Below, piece by piece: positions 26,347 to 39,700 of a stretch of 64,000 nt of DNA (its first letter is position 1; each line of letters begins with the position of its first letter). Location of the stretch: NCBI RefSeq assembly GCF_006345805.1, contig NC_043004.1, positions 50,220,001 to 50,284,000 of the forward strand, in the 5' to 3' direction. The notes under the pieces were generated by a model. It was not told the origin of the DNA, made no database searches, and worked only from the letters and a program-made list of their open reading frames with translations. The position numbers were made by a program, and so were the translations under genes. The stretch is from Octopus sinensis. Its lineage: Eukaryota.

Positions 26347-27121
26347 AATAGCATCAGGTGAAAGAGATACTAAGAAGATAATTGCAAATTGACCCTTAGA
26401 GGATTTTAACTTAACTGTTAGTATTGTCATCATCATTAACATTAGCACAAGGCAACACAATTTAAAGAGAGGTAGAATTGGATATTTAGGAACCAGTACT
26501 TGACTGGTGCCTTGTTTTAACAAAGACGAAAAGTAGTAAAGGTTGGATCTGAATCTGGAATTTGAAGGGACGTAACTAAATATATTAACGAATCTAATCC
26601 ATTGTTTCTGTCACTCACCTCCTTTATTTCAAACTAGCCGGGGCAGTTGGGAACAAAAATAGAGTATTGCTATTACTGTCTGAAGCAAAACTTATATATT
26701 ACTGTAACACCGTGGTATCGTATAGGCTACAGCCCCAGGTCAGTCCTATATGTAGTAGTCCTATGACACTTAAAAAGTTCCTGAACAAGATAAGATGCAG
26801 AGATTCATCATCGTTTTAATACGTAATTTTCTAGGCTTGTATTGGCTAGACAAGTGCCCGTTGGAGCAGAGTTTTCGGCAGTTGAACACCCTTCCTGATG
26901 CACACACAAACCCCTAAAGTTTCTAAGTGAAGTAATTATTATCTTTCCATCTTTTGGAAAACAAACTGCTTGGGCATGGTTACACATAGAACTAAAAATA
27001 AATGACACCATTTGATTGAGCCTTGACACGGTTTGTATGAACTGTAAGGCCATTGTATATAATCTGTGAACACACATGATGATGAGAGAAAATACAAATG
27101 AACTCACACACACACATATAT

Positions 27122-28085
27122 ATCATCATCATTGTTTAATGTCTGTTTTCCATGCCAGCATGGATTCGACCGGGGTCTGGGAAACCAGGAGGCTGCACCA
27201 GGCTCCAGTCTGATCTGGCAGTGTTTCTACAGCTGGATGCCCTTCCTAACGCCAACCACTCTGTGAGTGTAGTGGGTACTTTTTATGTGCCACCGGCACA
27301 GGTGCCAGGGGTGGCTGAAAACAGCCACGATCGGTTGGTGCTTTTTACATGCCACCAGCACAGAAGCCAGTCAAGGCGGCACTGGCATCGGCCACGTTCG
27401 GATGGTGCTTTTTACGTGCCACCGGCATGAGTATCACAACTACAATTTCCATTTGATTTTTATTTTGATGTTGATGTACTTGACTCAATAGGTCTCCTCA
27501 AGCACAGCAGGTTGCCCTATGATCCAAGGTAAGCACAGCAGGCCGTTCTGCGATCCAAGGTACTTTACATGGGCTGGGGCTGCTATGTGAAGCTGGTGCA
27601 GGAAACAGCCATGAACTCATGTTATTTGTCGGGTCTTTGCAGTCACAGCTCATCTCCAGAGGTCTTGATCTTTCATCATTGCCTTTGTAAGGCCCAACGT
27701 TCAAAGGTCATGCTTGACCACCTCATCCCATGTCTTCCTGGGTCTACCTCTACCCTGGATTCCTTCAACTGTTTGGGAGTGGCACTTCTTCACACATCTC
27801 TCCTCATCCATCCGTAATACATGACCATACCAGCACAAACGTCTCTTTTGCACACCACATCTGATGCTTCTTATGTCCAGCATTTCTCTCAGGGTGCTTA
27901 CACTCTGTTGTGTGTGCACACTGACATTACACATCCAGTGGATCATGCTAGCTTCATTTCTTTCAAGCCTACGCATGTCCTCCGCAGTCACAGCCCATGT
28001 TTCACTACCTTGAAGCATAGCAGTTCGCATACATGCGTCGTACAATCTACCTTTGACTCTGAGCGAGAGACCCTTTGCCACCAGT

Positions 28086-28089
<4 letters not shown>
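27122..28089 (-). mobile_element. 5'-truncated RTE-clade LINE (ORF C-terminus, 3' UTR and (TGA)n tail)
   Basis: KGRLYDAC.RTAMLQGSETW...RLERNE...IRCGVQKRRLCWYGHVLRMDEER.VKK...GRGRPRKTW. Related 3' ends recur at about 30.4, 37.3, 40.0, 44.8, 52.8 and 54.0 kb. Confidence 0.9.
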
Positions 28090-28183
<94 letters not shown>

Positions 28184-29529
28184 ACATAGCATAGCAATTA
28201 ACCATTGCTTAGAATTCCTTGTATATCCAAATTCCAATCAAGTACTGAACATAATTTACCTCAGATTTTTGTTTGGCATTCTATACTTTTGAATAAATTA
28301 CAGAGTGTATATATAAGAGCAGAATAAACTGGAGATTCAATTAAACAATATTTTATAACATCATGAATTACATAATCTTTACACCTGTTTCATTAGCATA
28401 TACCAGTATGCCATGTGGTAAATATTACCTAGGCAGTTGTGTAATCACCTTATAATACCAGATCACCTAGCTGAGAACTGCAGTTCTCAACTTGGCCTGC
28501 CTACCAACTGACGTTGGTAATCTACAAGTGACTAAATTATGTTTTCCTCTGACGATCTGGCATTGTAATGTAATTATGGAATGATTACTGCATTGCATAC
28601 TAGTATATGCTAGTGAACCATGTTTAAAGATTATGTAATCTATAATGATACAATAAAGTTTAAGTAATTCTACTGTTTAATTCTGCTCTTGTGTATATAT
28701 ACTATGCTTCCACCTAGTCAAAGTCTACACCACATTTTCTAATATGCAGTGGTTACTCATAATGACATGGTTGTATTTACCTCACTGTTCAGTAGATGTA
28801 TATTTGTTGTTGCTGTTTAGCTGCTAGTCAGTCCTCACCCAGTAAACTATGTTCAAAATCTTTCCAATAATAACTATTCTGTCTTTTCTTTTACGACACA
28901 ATGTACCTAAGACTACATTATTTAGTGTATCCTTCTTGGTGATAGGAACAGTATTGTTAAGATGATTTCTGAACTGAGCAAAAGAGATAGTGTTTTGGGA
29001 TGTTGTAGATGTCTGTCATGTGTGTGAGGGAGACTAGCTAGGATGGTGTTGTGGGGTGTTATAGATGTCTCTCTCCGTAGTGGATAAGATTATATTGTAG
29101 TAGTGTTTGGGGTTGTTATATATGCCTTTCCCTGATGGGAAACATAATGTTGTAGATGATTATGCCCTAAGAAGGAAAGATAGTATTCTTAGGATGATGT
29201 TGTAGTAGTGTTATGGGCTGTTGTAGATGTTTCTTTTGTGAGTGGAACAGATACTATAGTTATGATGGTTATGTTGTAGTGTTGAGAAATGTTGTAGATG
29301 TCTGTCCTGGATGGGAAATATAGCATTGTTAATATGATGATGAAGATGTGTCTGGATGCTGAGAAATATTTGTACATATAGTGGCCAGTTCTGAGAAAGC
29401 TGGGACTTACTATGGAAACAAAACCCCACACCTGGTCAGATGGCCTTTCATGTTCACTAATGCAGTCTAACCCCAGATTAACTGTGACTAAGCTGACCTA
29501 TGACTTAAAAGTATTCCAGTCATATTCTC

Positions 29530-29957
29530 GTCTTTTTTGTCTTTATAGGCTCTTGGGTGTGATTTGTGAAAACTGTGGTTTTTGTATTTCTAGCATATTC
29601 AGTGACTTCATATAGGCTCCTTCATTGGTTTATGAGTTTTGTTTCATTGTTTTTAGTCATATCTAAGTGTATTCAATGAATTAATTTCTCTTATTGGTTG
29701 CAAATATAAACAAACATTATATAAAGGGTTTGAAATGTATTTGAGGATACATTCCAAACCCTTTATATAATGTTTGTTTATATTTGCAACCAATAAGAGA
29801 AATTAATTCATTGAATACACTTAGATATGACTAAAAACAATGAAACAAAACTCATAAACCAATGAAGGAGCCTATATGAAGTCACTGAATATGCTAGAAA
29901 TACAAAAACCACAGTTTTCACAAATCACACCCAAGAGCCTATAAAGACAAAAAAGAC
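29530..29957. repeat. Near-perfect fold-back palindrome, 211-bp arms, 6-nt loop
   Basis: Arms 29530-29740 and 29747-29957, loop TTGAGG; only one mismatch noticed (29733/29754). Confidence 0.97.
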
Positions 29958-30317
29958 AGACGATGGGTTGTCAATGATTCTTGTTTCTGTTGAAGCTGTC
30001 ATAGAAACTGAAGTTGGATTCATAGAATAATCTTATAAAAATGCTTAACAAGATTATGGGCACAAATTCTGATTAAAATATATTTGGTTTTTACTAGATT
30101 AAAACTGTTTTAAATTACCAAATATGTCCTCAAATACCTCTCACACTCTGTATGCATATATATATTTTGCTTCTGTGAATAAAAAGTTTGTCGACTCTTA
30201 TTTCTAGCAATGCTGTTGCTCCCTGAACCCTTCATCACATTTTAGCTGTGGCGAATTATTTCCTTTTTGTCTTTTGAATTGCATCTGACCACACTAATTA
30301 TTTTATATGTATGTATA

Positions 30318-30379
<62 letters not shown>

Positions 30380-31914
30380 TATGTGTGTGTATCATTATCA
30401 TTATTTTAACGACCACGTTTCCATGCTTGCATCAGTCAGACAGAATTCATTGAGGCAGGTTTTCTACAGCTAGGTGTCCTTCCTGACACCAACTTCACCA
30501 GTTTTCTATCAAGGAGATGCTTTCCTCTTGTTGGACATGCTTCCATGAAAGAATGAAAACGAGAGATGCTGCTTCTCTGATGGTGAGTGAGGCTCATTTT
30601 CAACTATCATGCAATGTCAAGACAAGGAAACACAAATATACACACAAACAACAGGCTCCTTTCATTTCTTGTCTGCCAAATCCACTTGGAAGGTTTTGAT
30701 AGGTCTGAAATTATTGTCAAAAACACTTGCTCATGGTTCCACACAGCAGAACTGAACCTGAAACTACATGGTTGGGAAATGAATTTCTAAACCACACAAC
30801 CATGCCTACAGTCAAATATAAAGGATCCACTCACTACTTATATAAGTGTCATATTTATTTTATGCTTACAAGTTGACATTACTCTCTTTACTCTTTTACT
30901 TGTTTCAGTCATTTGACATTTTACCAATATTATAAATGAATCAATGTTTAAATATGACAGAGGTTTGGCTGAATCATTAGAGCATCTGACAAAATACCTT
31001 GTGATACTTGTTCTGTTATCCCTTGATAAAATACCAGCCAAATACAGTGGTCACTGGTATCATCTGATTCTCTCCTCGTATCTTTATAGTTACTGGTCTT
31101 GCATTCACATATTTGAATGTGTTCAGGACATTTGGATGGTAGTCTTAACCTGTTGCTTGGTTTAACACCATCATCTGGCACTTTGAGTGCCTTTAACTGA
31201 GTCCATTTTGTTGCAAGCATTTAGGTCTAGTTTCCAGTTTAATGATATCTTTCTCCTTCCTTCCTATCAGTCTCATAGGCCCTATAAAAGTTCATAGGCA
31301 CTGACTAAAAGGAAAAAAAATTGCTGGTTTACAGTTAATCATAAATGTTTGTAAGTCAAACATGTACATAACAGAGTTATGTACCTTATTCAGAGAGATA
31401 TCACGTTGGGTGTAATAAGAGGTGAACATATGGCCAAGTGTCCAGCCCATTAATCCCCACAGCTGTTGTGGCTTATTGATAAATAGTTAAAAGATAATCT
31501 AGTTTAAGGAATTTGTTCTATTCTAAGTTAGTTCAAAATACATTTACGTATTGACTCATATTCAGGTACAAGCAATAGCGTAGCTAGAGTGTGTGTGTGT
31601 GTGCTGCCTGGGGCGGCCCTTCCATTTGCCACTCCTGGGCTCCACAGAAAAAACACATATTGCCTACAGCAGACCCAAAAGTGGTGCCCTTATGAAAGTG
31701 CCGCCCCTACCGTGCCCCCCCCCCCTCTAGCTACACAAGTATGGTTCTGTGGTTGAAAAGTTTGCTTCCCAGCCACATGGTTTGGGGTTCAGTCTTACTG
31801 CTTTGCACCTTGGACAAGTCTCCTCTACTTTAGCCCCTGGCCAACCAATAGCTTCTGAGTGGATTTTGTAGATGGAAATTGAAAGAAGCCCATCCTAAAT
31901 ATATATAAAGACCC

Positions 31915-32495
31915 ACTTCAATCATGAATTACCATGGGACTGCACATAGAAAGTTAATTTCTGAGGCACATGTGCAGGCAAGGTTGTTAATGGAAGACCA
32001 GTAGTTGCCCATGCATACCAGCCTCCTCTCTTCACACCATCAATGTTATTCAAAGGAAAGGCAAAGGCTGATACAGCTTGGCACCAGTGATGTCACAACT
32101 CTCATTTCTACAGCTGTTTGAACTGGAGCAACATGAAATAAAGCGTCTTTGGTCGAAGACAAACGTGCAGCCAGGTCCAGGAATCGAATTCACTACCTCG
32201 TGATTGTGAGCCTGACGCTCTGTGGAGGCACTTGACTTGGTAGTCAAGGTATTCGGCTCACAATTGTGAGGTCAAGATTTCAATTCGTGGTGGTGTATTG
32301 TGTCCTCAAGCAAGACACTCTATTTCACATTGCTCCGTTCTACTCAGCTAGCAGAAATGAGTAGTACCTGTATTTCAAAGGGTATGCGTATCTTTGGAGT
32401 GCTCAGCCACTTGCTCTGTAATTTCACAAGCAAGCTGTTCCATTGACTGGATCAAATGGAACCCTCATCATCATAACCAATGAAGTGCCAGTAGT
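31915..32495. mobile_element. Two family-C SINEs in head-to-head orientation
   Basis: Minus copy about 31915-32215 and plus copy about 32225-32495 share the CAAGACAC..TATTTCACATTGCTCC core. Confidence 0.65.
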
Positions 32496-32516
32496 ATGTA
32501 TATATATATATATGTA

Positions 32517-32914
32517 TACTCTCTTTACTCTTTTACTTGTTTCAGTCATTTGACTGCGGCCATGCTGGAGCACCACCTTTAGTCGAGCAAATCGACCCCA
32601 GGACTTATTCTTTTGTAAGCTCAGTACTTATTCTATCGGTCTCTTTTGCCGAACCGCTAAGTGACGGGGACGTAAACACACCAGCATCGGTTGTCAAGCA
32701 ATGCTAGGTGGGGACAAACACACACACACAAACATACATATATATATATACGACAGGCTTCTTTCAGTTTCCGTCTACCAAATCCACTCACAAGGCTTTG
32801 GTCAGCCCGAAGCTATAGTAGAAGACACTTGCCCAAGATGCCACGCAGTGGGACTGAACCCGGAGCCATGTGGTTGGTTAGCAAGCTACTTACCACACAG
32901 CCACTCCTGTGCCT
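32517..32914 (-). mobile_element. tRNA-derived SINE (family A)
   Basis: Near-identical to 25964-26346. Confidence 0.9.
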
Positions 32915-33656
32915 GGTAGTTATAAATAAATGTCACTGTCATGCTAAAAGTGCCATTCATTTCTAATACTCAGTGGAAACATGTCTGACCATGGAGAAAT
33001 ATTACCTTACTTGGAAACAAGTGTAGGCTGGTGACAAGAAGGGCCTTCAACCATAGAAAATTCTACCTCAATGAATTCTAACCTCTAAAGCAATGAAAAG
33101 TGGACATAACGTTACAATGGCATTGATCTTCTAATTTCTGATTTTGTTTTAGGTTTTTATTATTATTTTGCTTTTCTTTTGCAGGATGAAATATTGTGAC
33201 AATGAACTAGAAAGATCTAAAAAAAAAAAATGATTTTTTTTTTATTTGATTCCACTACACTCTTATTAGCAGAAGCACCACTGAAACCTGGGATTTTAGA
33301 TTTGTGCTGAATGAGTTACTTCCCTTCAAGTTAACTTATGTTTGGTTGTTTCTCGGTGCATTTTAAACAGCCTAAGACTATCCAAGTCGATAAAATGACA
33401 AATTAAAGTTGGGTTTTTTTTATCCAGTATGCAGGCAATATATTGCAACTGAGAAATGCCAGTTGTGTCAAGGAAGTATGTATAATAGGTTTTTAATCTA
33501 TTGTAAAATATTTCAAATCTGAGATGATATATTCATTTGGTTTCAGGTATTTGTTTTAACAAAAGCAAGAAAGAAAAACAAGCAACTCACTGCTTTAGTG
33601 ATCGAAATATCTGAGAAGTCCATTGAATAAAGTTTGTGTAATGTTCTAGAACAAAT

Positions 33657-35402
33657 TTGATGGCCATCATGGAAGAAAATGTTAGTATTGAAGACAAAAC
33701 TGATACAAAACCAATATTGTATGATGGAATAGTTTCAGCTCTTTCTGAGCCAAACCACTGTGCCAAAACCTTGTTTGATACTAGTGATGTAAAACCAGAC
33801 ATTTGTAAAATATCATCCACTACTCAAAGTTTCAAAGTGAAATCACATACTAAAAATCACCAGAATAATGAGAAACGTTTTTTTTGCAAGATATGTGATA
33901 AAAACTGTTCCACATCATCTGGACTAAAAATTCATTTAAGGAAACACACAGGTGAGAAGCCGTTCCATTGCCTGATTTGTGAGAAAAGCTTTGCAACAAG
34001 TTTTGTTTTGAAGAAACATATCAGGACCCACACTGGAGAAAAGCCATTCCACTGTGAGGTATGCAGCAAAAACTTTTCCACACGATCAGGTCTCAAAGAA
34101 CACCATAGAACTCATACAGGAGAAAGACCCTACCATTGTGATGTGTGTGGGAAAAACTTCTCACACCATTATACATTGAAAGTACATTTAAGTTCACACA
34201 GCGGGGAGAAACTATTTCAGTGCAACCTCTGTGGTAAGAGATTTTCAACTAATTCCAAACTAAAGATGCATATTCGAATCCACACAGGAGAGAAACCTTA
34301 TTCTTGCAGTTTGTGTGGTCACGGTTTCTCTACTAATTCTAAGTTAAAGGTTCATGTAAGAACTCACACTGGAGAGAAACCATTCCAGTGTGAGATATGT
34401 GGCAGAAATGTTTCTACCAATTCTGAGTTGAAAAAACATGCAAGAATACACAGTGGTGAGAAACCATTTCATTGTGAGGTATGTAGTAAGAATTTCTTAT
34501 CCAGTTCTGAACTCAAAGTTCATACAAGGACTCATACTGGAGAGAAACCATTTCATTGTGAAATATGTAGTAAAGATGTCTCCACTAGCTCAGGACTAAG
34601 GGAACATATGAAAACCCATACAGGTGAGAAACCGTTTCATTGTGAGGTGTGTGGTAAAAGTTTTTCTCAACGCTTTAAACTGAAATTGCACTCAGCTACA
34701 CATACTGGTGAGAAATTCTTCCCTTGTAGTGTATGTGACAGAAAATTCTCAACTAATTTTGATCTGAAAATGCATACAAGGATTCATACTGGCGAAAAAC
34801 CTTTTTGCTGTGAGGTGTGTGGTAAAGGCTTTTCAGCTAGGTATAAAGTGAAAGTACATTCTAGAATTCATACTGGAGAGAAACCATTCCATTGTGAAAT
34901 CTGTGGTAAAAATGTTTCCACTAGTTCCGAACTGAAAGTACATATCAGGAGACACACGGGAGAGAAGCCTTTCCATTGTGATGTGTGTGGTAAAGATTTT
35001 TCAATTAGTTCAGAACTGAAGGTGCATAAGCGAACTCATAGTGGAGAAAAACCATTCATTTGTGAAATATGCACGAAAAGCTTTTCTACGAGTTGTGGCT
35101 TAAAGGTACACATCAGAACTCATACAGGAGAAAGACCGTTTCATTGTGATATCTGTAGTAAAGGTTTCTCCTTGTGTTCGTATCTGAAAAAACATGCTAA
35201 AACCCATACAGGGGAAAAACCATTTCATTGTGATATTTGTGGTAAAAAATTCTCCTCAAACATTGGACTAAAGGGACATGCTAGACTTCACAGCGGAGAA
35301 AAGCCTTTTTACTGTGATACATGTGACAAGAGGTTTTCTTATTATAATTCATTACAGATACATATGAAGAGACATGCTGCTGTTATTAACAATACTTCAT
35401 GA
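33657..35402 (+). CDS. C2H2 (Kruppel-type) zinc-finger protein, 18 tandem fingers, single coding exon
   Basis: Uninterrupted 581-codon frame with 18 CxxC-x12-HxxxH units joined by TGEKP-type linkers. First ATGs at 33660 and 33669; candidate splice acceptor TTTCAG ending at 33546. No KRAB/SCAN/BTB domain visible. Confidence 0.97.
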   Translation: MMAIMEENVSIEDKTDTKPILYDGIVSALSEPNHCAKTLFDTSDVKPDICKISSTTQSFKVKSHTKNHQNNEKRFFCKICDKNCSTSSGLKIHLRKHTGEKPFHCLICEKSFATSFVLKKHIRTHTGEKPFHCEVCSKNFSTRSGLKEHHRTHTGERPYHCDVCGKNFSHHYTLKVHLSSHSGEKLFQCNLCGKRFSTNSKLKMHIRIHTGEKPYSCSLCGHGFSTNSKLKVHVRTHTGEKPFQCEICGRNVSTNSELKKHARIHSGEKPFHCEVCSKNFLSSSELKVHTRTHTGEKPFHCEICSKDVSTSSGLREHMKTHTGEKPFHCEVCGKSFSQRFKLKLHSATHTGEKFFPCSVCDRKFSTNFDLKMHTRIHTGEKPFCCEVCGKGFSARYKVKVHSRIHTGEKPFHCEICGKNVSTSSELKVHIRRHTGEKPFHCDVCGKDFSISSELKVHKRTHSGEKPFICEICTKSFSTSCGLKVHIRTHTGERPFHCDICSKGFSLCSYLKKHAKTHTGEKPFHCDICGKKFSSNIGLKGHARLHSGEKPFYCDTCDKRFSYYNSLQIHMKRHAAVINNTS

Positions 35403-36470
35403 TTGTATCTGTTGTCTGTCTTGATTGATTTTTACAACAATCTTAATAGAAATGTAGGAAAGAATGAAAATTTTCTTCTATATTTTTTTATTTAAGTTAA
35501 TAATATGGTGACATTACCTTCCCTTTTATGGATCATGTTACTTTCTTATTGTTTTCATTGTATCTACCTCATTTAGTTCTTTGACCTATATTTTCTTGTA
35601 TGTATCTTATTTTGTTGACTGTACTGGGCCACATTTCAAGTTAAGTAATACACACATTAGTTACTGAGTAGTTCACCCTGTTATTGAAACAGTGAGCTGC
35701 ATCAAGTCATAGCACCTATTATAATTGTTGCTATGCAATTCCACTCTTTTATTATATTATCCCAGTTAACTCTGCTTTAGGACACATATTTACATAACTT
35801 ACAACACAGTGGTAGCCTCGCATGTTTCACAATAATTTTTTTCAGACTTTTGCACATTTCTCTACACTAGAACCTTACTATACACTTTGTCATATAGTGT
35901 GGTACCTCCTTTACGACTAGGTGAACTGGGGCTGTAAGACACACCCCGCCTTATCTCATTTCAACTAGATGGACTGCACTTCCACATGGTACCTATTTAC
36001 ATTTAGGTTGACTGTACCTTCCTATTGTAACTGTTTCAAAGCCAGATGAACTGGTAACTTGACGTGGTACCCCATTTGAAGTTAAATGGACTGGGCCAGC
36101 AGAATTTCTTGAATTGGTGACTCGATACAGCACTGGTACTTGTATTTCTTCAATAGATGCCTTCCCCACTGAGCATCCAAGGGGCAGAGGTTAGGTCAGC
36201 TAGTTTTATTACATTCTAGCAATCAACATGAAGTCACTATTAACGAACTGCAGTCATGTATTCAGTTACCCACCAACAACAACAGAGGCCTGCCATGGAG
36301 TGTTGCATTCATGGCAGCATGGATGAAGACTTTTGTTGGAATGTTGACTTTAATAGACAATGACAATGAATTGTGCCAACAGATCACCTGGGGAATGTTA
36401 TCTCTGATAGACTGATGCCATATCCTATGAATGAGTTAGCTCTCATTCATTTAACATACTAAAACAAGAG

Positions 36471-36881
36471 CTCTCTTTACTCTTTACTCTTTTACTTGTT
36501 TCAGTTATTTGACTGCGGCCATGCTGGAGCACCGCCTTTAATCGAGTAACTTGACCCCGGGACTTATTCTTTTGTAAGCCCAGTACTTATTCTATCGGTC
36601 TCTTTTGCCGAACTGCTAAGTAACGGGGACATAAACACACCAGCATCGGTTGTCAAGCAATGCTAGGGGTACAAACACAGACACACAAACACACACACGC
36701 ATATATATACATATATACGACGGGCTTCTTTCAGTTTCCGTCTACCAAATCCACTCACAAGGCTTTGGTCAGCCCGAGGCTATAGTAGAAAACACTTGCC
36801 CAAGGTGCCACGCAATGGGACTGAACCTGGAACCATGTGGTTGTTAAACAAGCTACTTACCACACAGCCACTCCTGCGCCT
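36471..36881 (-). mobile_element. tRNA-derived SINE (family A)
   Basis: Same family as 25964-26346. Confidence 0.9.
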
Positions 36882-37299
36882 ATGTACCAAGCACTCATTA
36901 AAGTTTGATGAATACTGGTATGGACATGTAATATACAAATAGTGAATCAAAAAGTACTCTCTGCTATCATGGAGGGCTCCCATAGAGAGAAAGACATGGT
37001 AGAGTCAGATCTCAGAATATTGAGCCTCTTGAATGAAATGGCAAAAGGTTTATGACTACGTTATATGGCAAACTTGTGCAATCCATACCAGCATTGAAAC
37101 AGACTTTTGACCTTTTAGCATTTAAAATAGACATATCCAGCCCAAATATTTTACCTGTTTTGTGTTCAAATCAACTAGAGCTGACCTCTCACAGCACCCC
37201 TACAATGTCATTCTAAAAATAGACAACTACATTTGAATTTGAGGTTATGAGATAATTCAAGACTATCTGAATAGATAAGCATTACACTTTACACAGTAA

Positions 37300-37552
37300 T
37301 CATCATCATCGTTTAGCGTCCGCTTTCCATGCTAGCATGGGTTGGACGGTTCAACTGGGGTCTGGAAAGCCAGAAGGCTGCGCCAGGCTCCAGTCTGATC
37401 TGGCAGTGTTTCTACAGCTGGATGCCCTTCCTAACGCCAACCACTCCGTGAGTGTAATGGGTGCTTTTTTACGTGCCACCGGCACAGGTGCCAGATGAGG
37501 CTGGCAAACGACCACGATCGGATGGTGCTTTTTACGTGCCACCGGCACGAAG
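37300..37552 (-). mobile_element. RTE-type 3' end fragment
   Basis: Matches 27122-27300 (CATCATC...CCATGC...CTACAGCTGGATGCCCTTCCTAACGCCAACCAC). Confidence 0.8.
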
Positions 37553-38954
37553 TTCTGGGCTCAATTTGTCTAACTAAAAAAATTCTTTTTTAAAAACCTT
37601 CAAGGTGGTGCCCCAGCACGGCCACAGTCAAATGACTTAAACAAGTAAAAGATAAAAGATATGGAAAAATAATGACTTACTCTAAATGCTAAAGGGTTAA
37701 AACAATGATGGGTAAGACAAATATTTATTATTGAGGGATTATTCTATGACTGGATTCCTTTTCTATCACTAACTCCTCTTAATAGGACATGTTAACATCA
37801 CCAATTTCGCTCAAATGGCTTCATGTGAAGATGTGGAATGTAAACATTCACACATGCACACATATGTATACACTTGTATGTGTGTGAAATCTTTACACTT
37901 TTTTGAAATCCAGTGTCACTCAATCTTTTTATTATTTTACAAAGCATTCAAACAACCGATGTAATCTATTAATGAACAAACCAGCAGGTAACTCATGTGC
38001 AGAACTGTTTCACACTCACAGAAAGGTGATTCCACATTATAAAAACAATATAATTTAGTACCTCTACTTTTGGCTAAATCCACCTCAGAGTCAATTTTCA
38101 AGCATTCAGTTGATCAGTAGGAGAGGTACCACACAGCCACTCCTGCGCCTCAATCATGCAATGTCAAAACAAGTAGAGACAAACATGCACATATATGCAT
38201 TCATATATATATTTATATATATAGGTATGGCTGTATGTTTAGGAAGCCTGATTCTCAACCATGTGGTTTCAGGTTCAGTCTCGCTGTGTGGTACCTTAGG
38301 CAAGCATCTTCTGCTACAGCCTCGGGCTGACTGAAGCCTTGTAATTGAATTTCATAGGTGGAAGTTCCCATCATGTATGTACATGTGTATGTAAGTGCTT
38401 GTGCCTCCTAACTGAGAGGAGGGAAAATATACACACAAGTGTATGCACATACACAATAGGCTTCTTTCAGTTTCCAGCTACCAAAACCACTCACAAGCCT
38501 TCAGTCAACTTGCTGCTTTAATAGAACACACTTGCTCAAGGTGCTATGCAGTGAGACTGAACCCAAAATCATGTTTAGGAAGCACAATTCCTAACCACAC
38601 GGTCATATCTGAGCTTATATTACATGTCAATAGATTTTAAATGTTTAAAGTATATTTAGTTTCAAGGGTTTAATTAATATTTTTTTATTAACATTCTTCT
38701 GTCCTTGCCTTCTATTTACATGATTACTAGGGGGTGTACCGAACTGACCTATGTCCAAAGCAGAAAGATATGTACTTTTGATGACCAGGTAAACTGAGGC
38801 ACAATAGATTGAAATGCTCTCACAAATTATCGGTTAGCAATCCAGCATATTATCCACCCCAATTATTTCATTTCTGCATTTAAATGGCAGTGCCCCAGCA
38901 TGGCCACAGCTTGTGAGCTGAAACTAGATAAATAAAAAAAAATATAGTATAAGA

Positions 38955-39700
38955 ATAATGATGATGATGATTTCAAATTTTAGTACAAGGCCAGCAATTT
39001 TGGGGAATGAGCTAAGTCAATTAAATTGACCCCAGTAGTCAACTGGTACTTATTTTATCAACTCCAAAAGGATGAAAGACAAAGTTGATCCCAGAACATA
39101 AAGATAGGTGAAATGCCACTGAAAATTTTGTCTGGCATGCTAACAATTCTTTCGGCTCACTACCTTAATAATGATAATGTTTCAAATTTTTGGAACAAAA
39201 CCAGCAGTTTTAGGGTTTGAGGTAATCAATTACATCAGTCCCAATGCTTCACTGGTACTTCGACCCTAGTGGGATAAACAGCAAAGTTGACCCCTGCAGG
39301 ATTTGAATTCAGAATGAAAAGAGTCAGAAAAAACAGTGTAATTTTTTTTTTTTCCTGATACTCCCATGATTCTGCCAGTTTGCTACTTCAATAATAATAG
39401 TAATTATTTCTAATATATGCATAAGGCCTGAAATTTGGGAGAGGAAGTAGAGCCTAGTCAATTACCTCAACTGTTGTGCTATATTTCATTGAACACAGAA
39501 GGGTACGTGATAAAGTTGACCTCAGCATGTAAAGAGTTGGCACAAATACCATAAAGCATTTTTTTGGACACTAATGATTCTGCCAGTTTGTCTCCTTAAT
39601 AACATTAATCCTTTCTAGTAAAGGCACAAGGCCTGAAATTCTGTGGAAAGAAGATAGTCAATTTCATTAAGCCCAGTGCCCAACTATTATTTATTTTATT
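38955..39700 (-). mobile_element. Cluster of old, degenerate family-B-like SINEs
   Basis: Repeated CAAGGCC(TGA/AGC)AATTT...GACCCC...GGTACTT...AAAGTTGAC blocks; similar decayed copies at about 22.9-23.2, 43.5-43.9 and 47.9-48.5 kb. Confidence 0.65.

Noticed and set aside
25939-26392. Recurrent short ORFs such as MSSNARG...CGW in many places
   Set aside because: Chance frames in the multi-copy family-A SINE.
31576-31738. Short element with GTAGCTAGAG/CTCTAGCTAC inverted ends
   Set aside because: Probably a decayed MITE, but the outer termini and TSD are too degraded to call.
33186-33233. Short ORF MKYCDNELERSKKKK* after a TTGCAG acceptor upstream of the ZNF exon
   Set aside because: It could be a uORF or alternative 5' exon, but there is no supporting donor site or transcript evidence from sequence alone.
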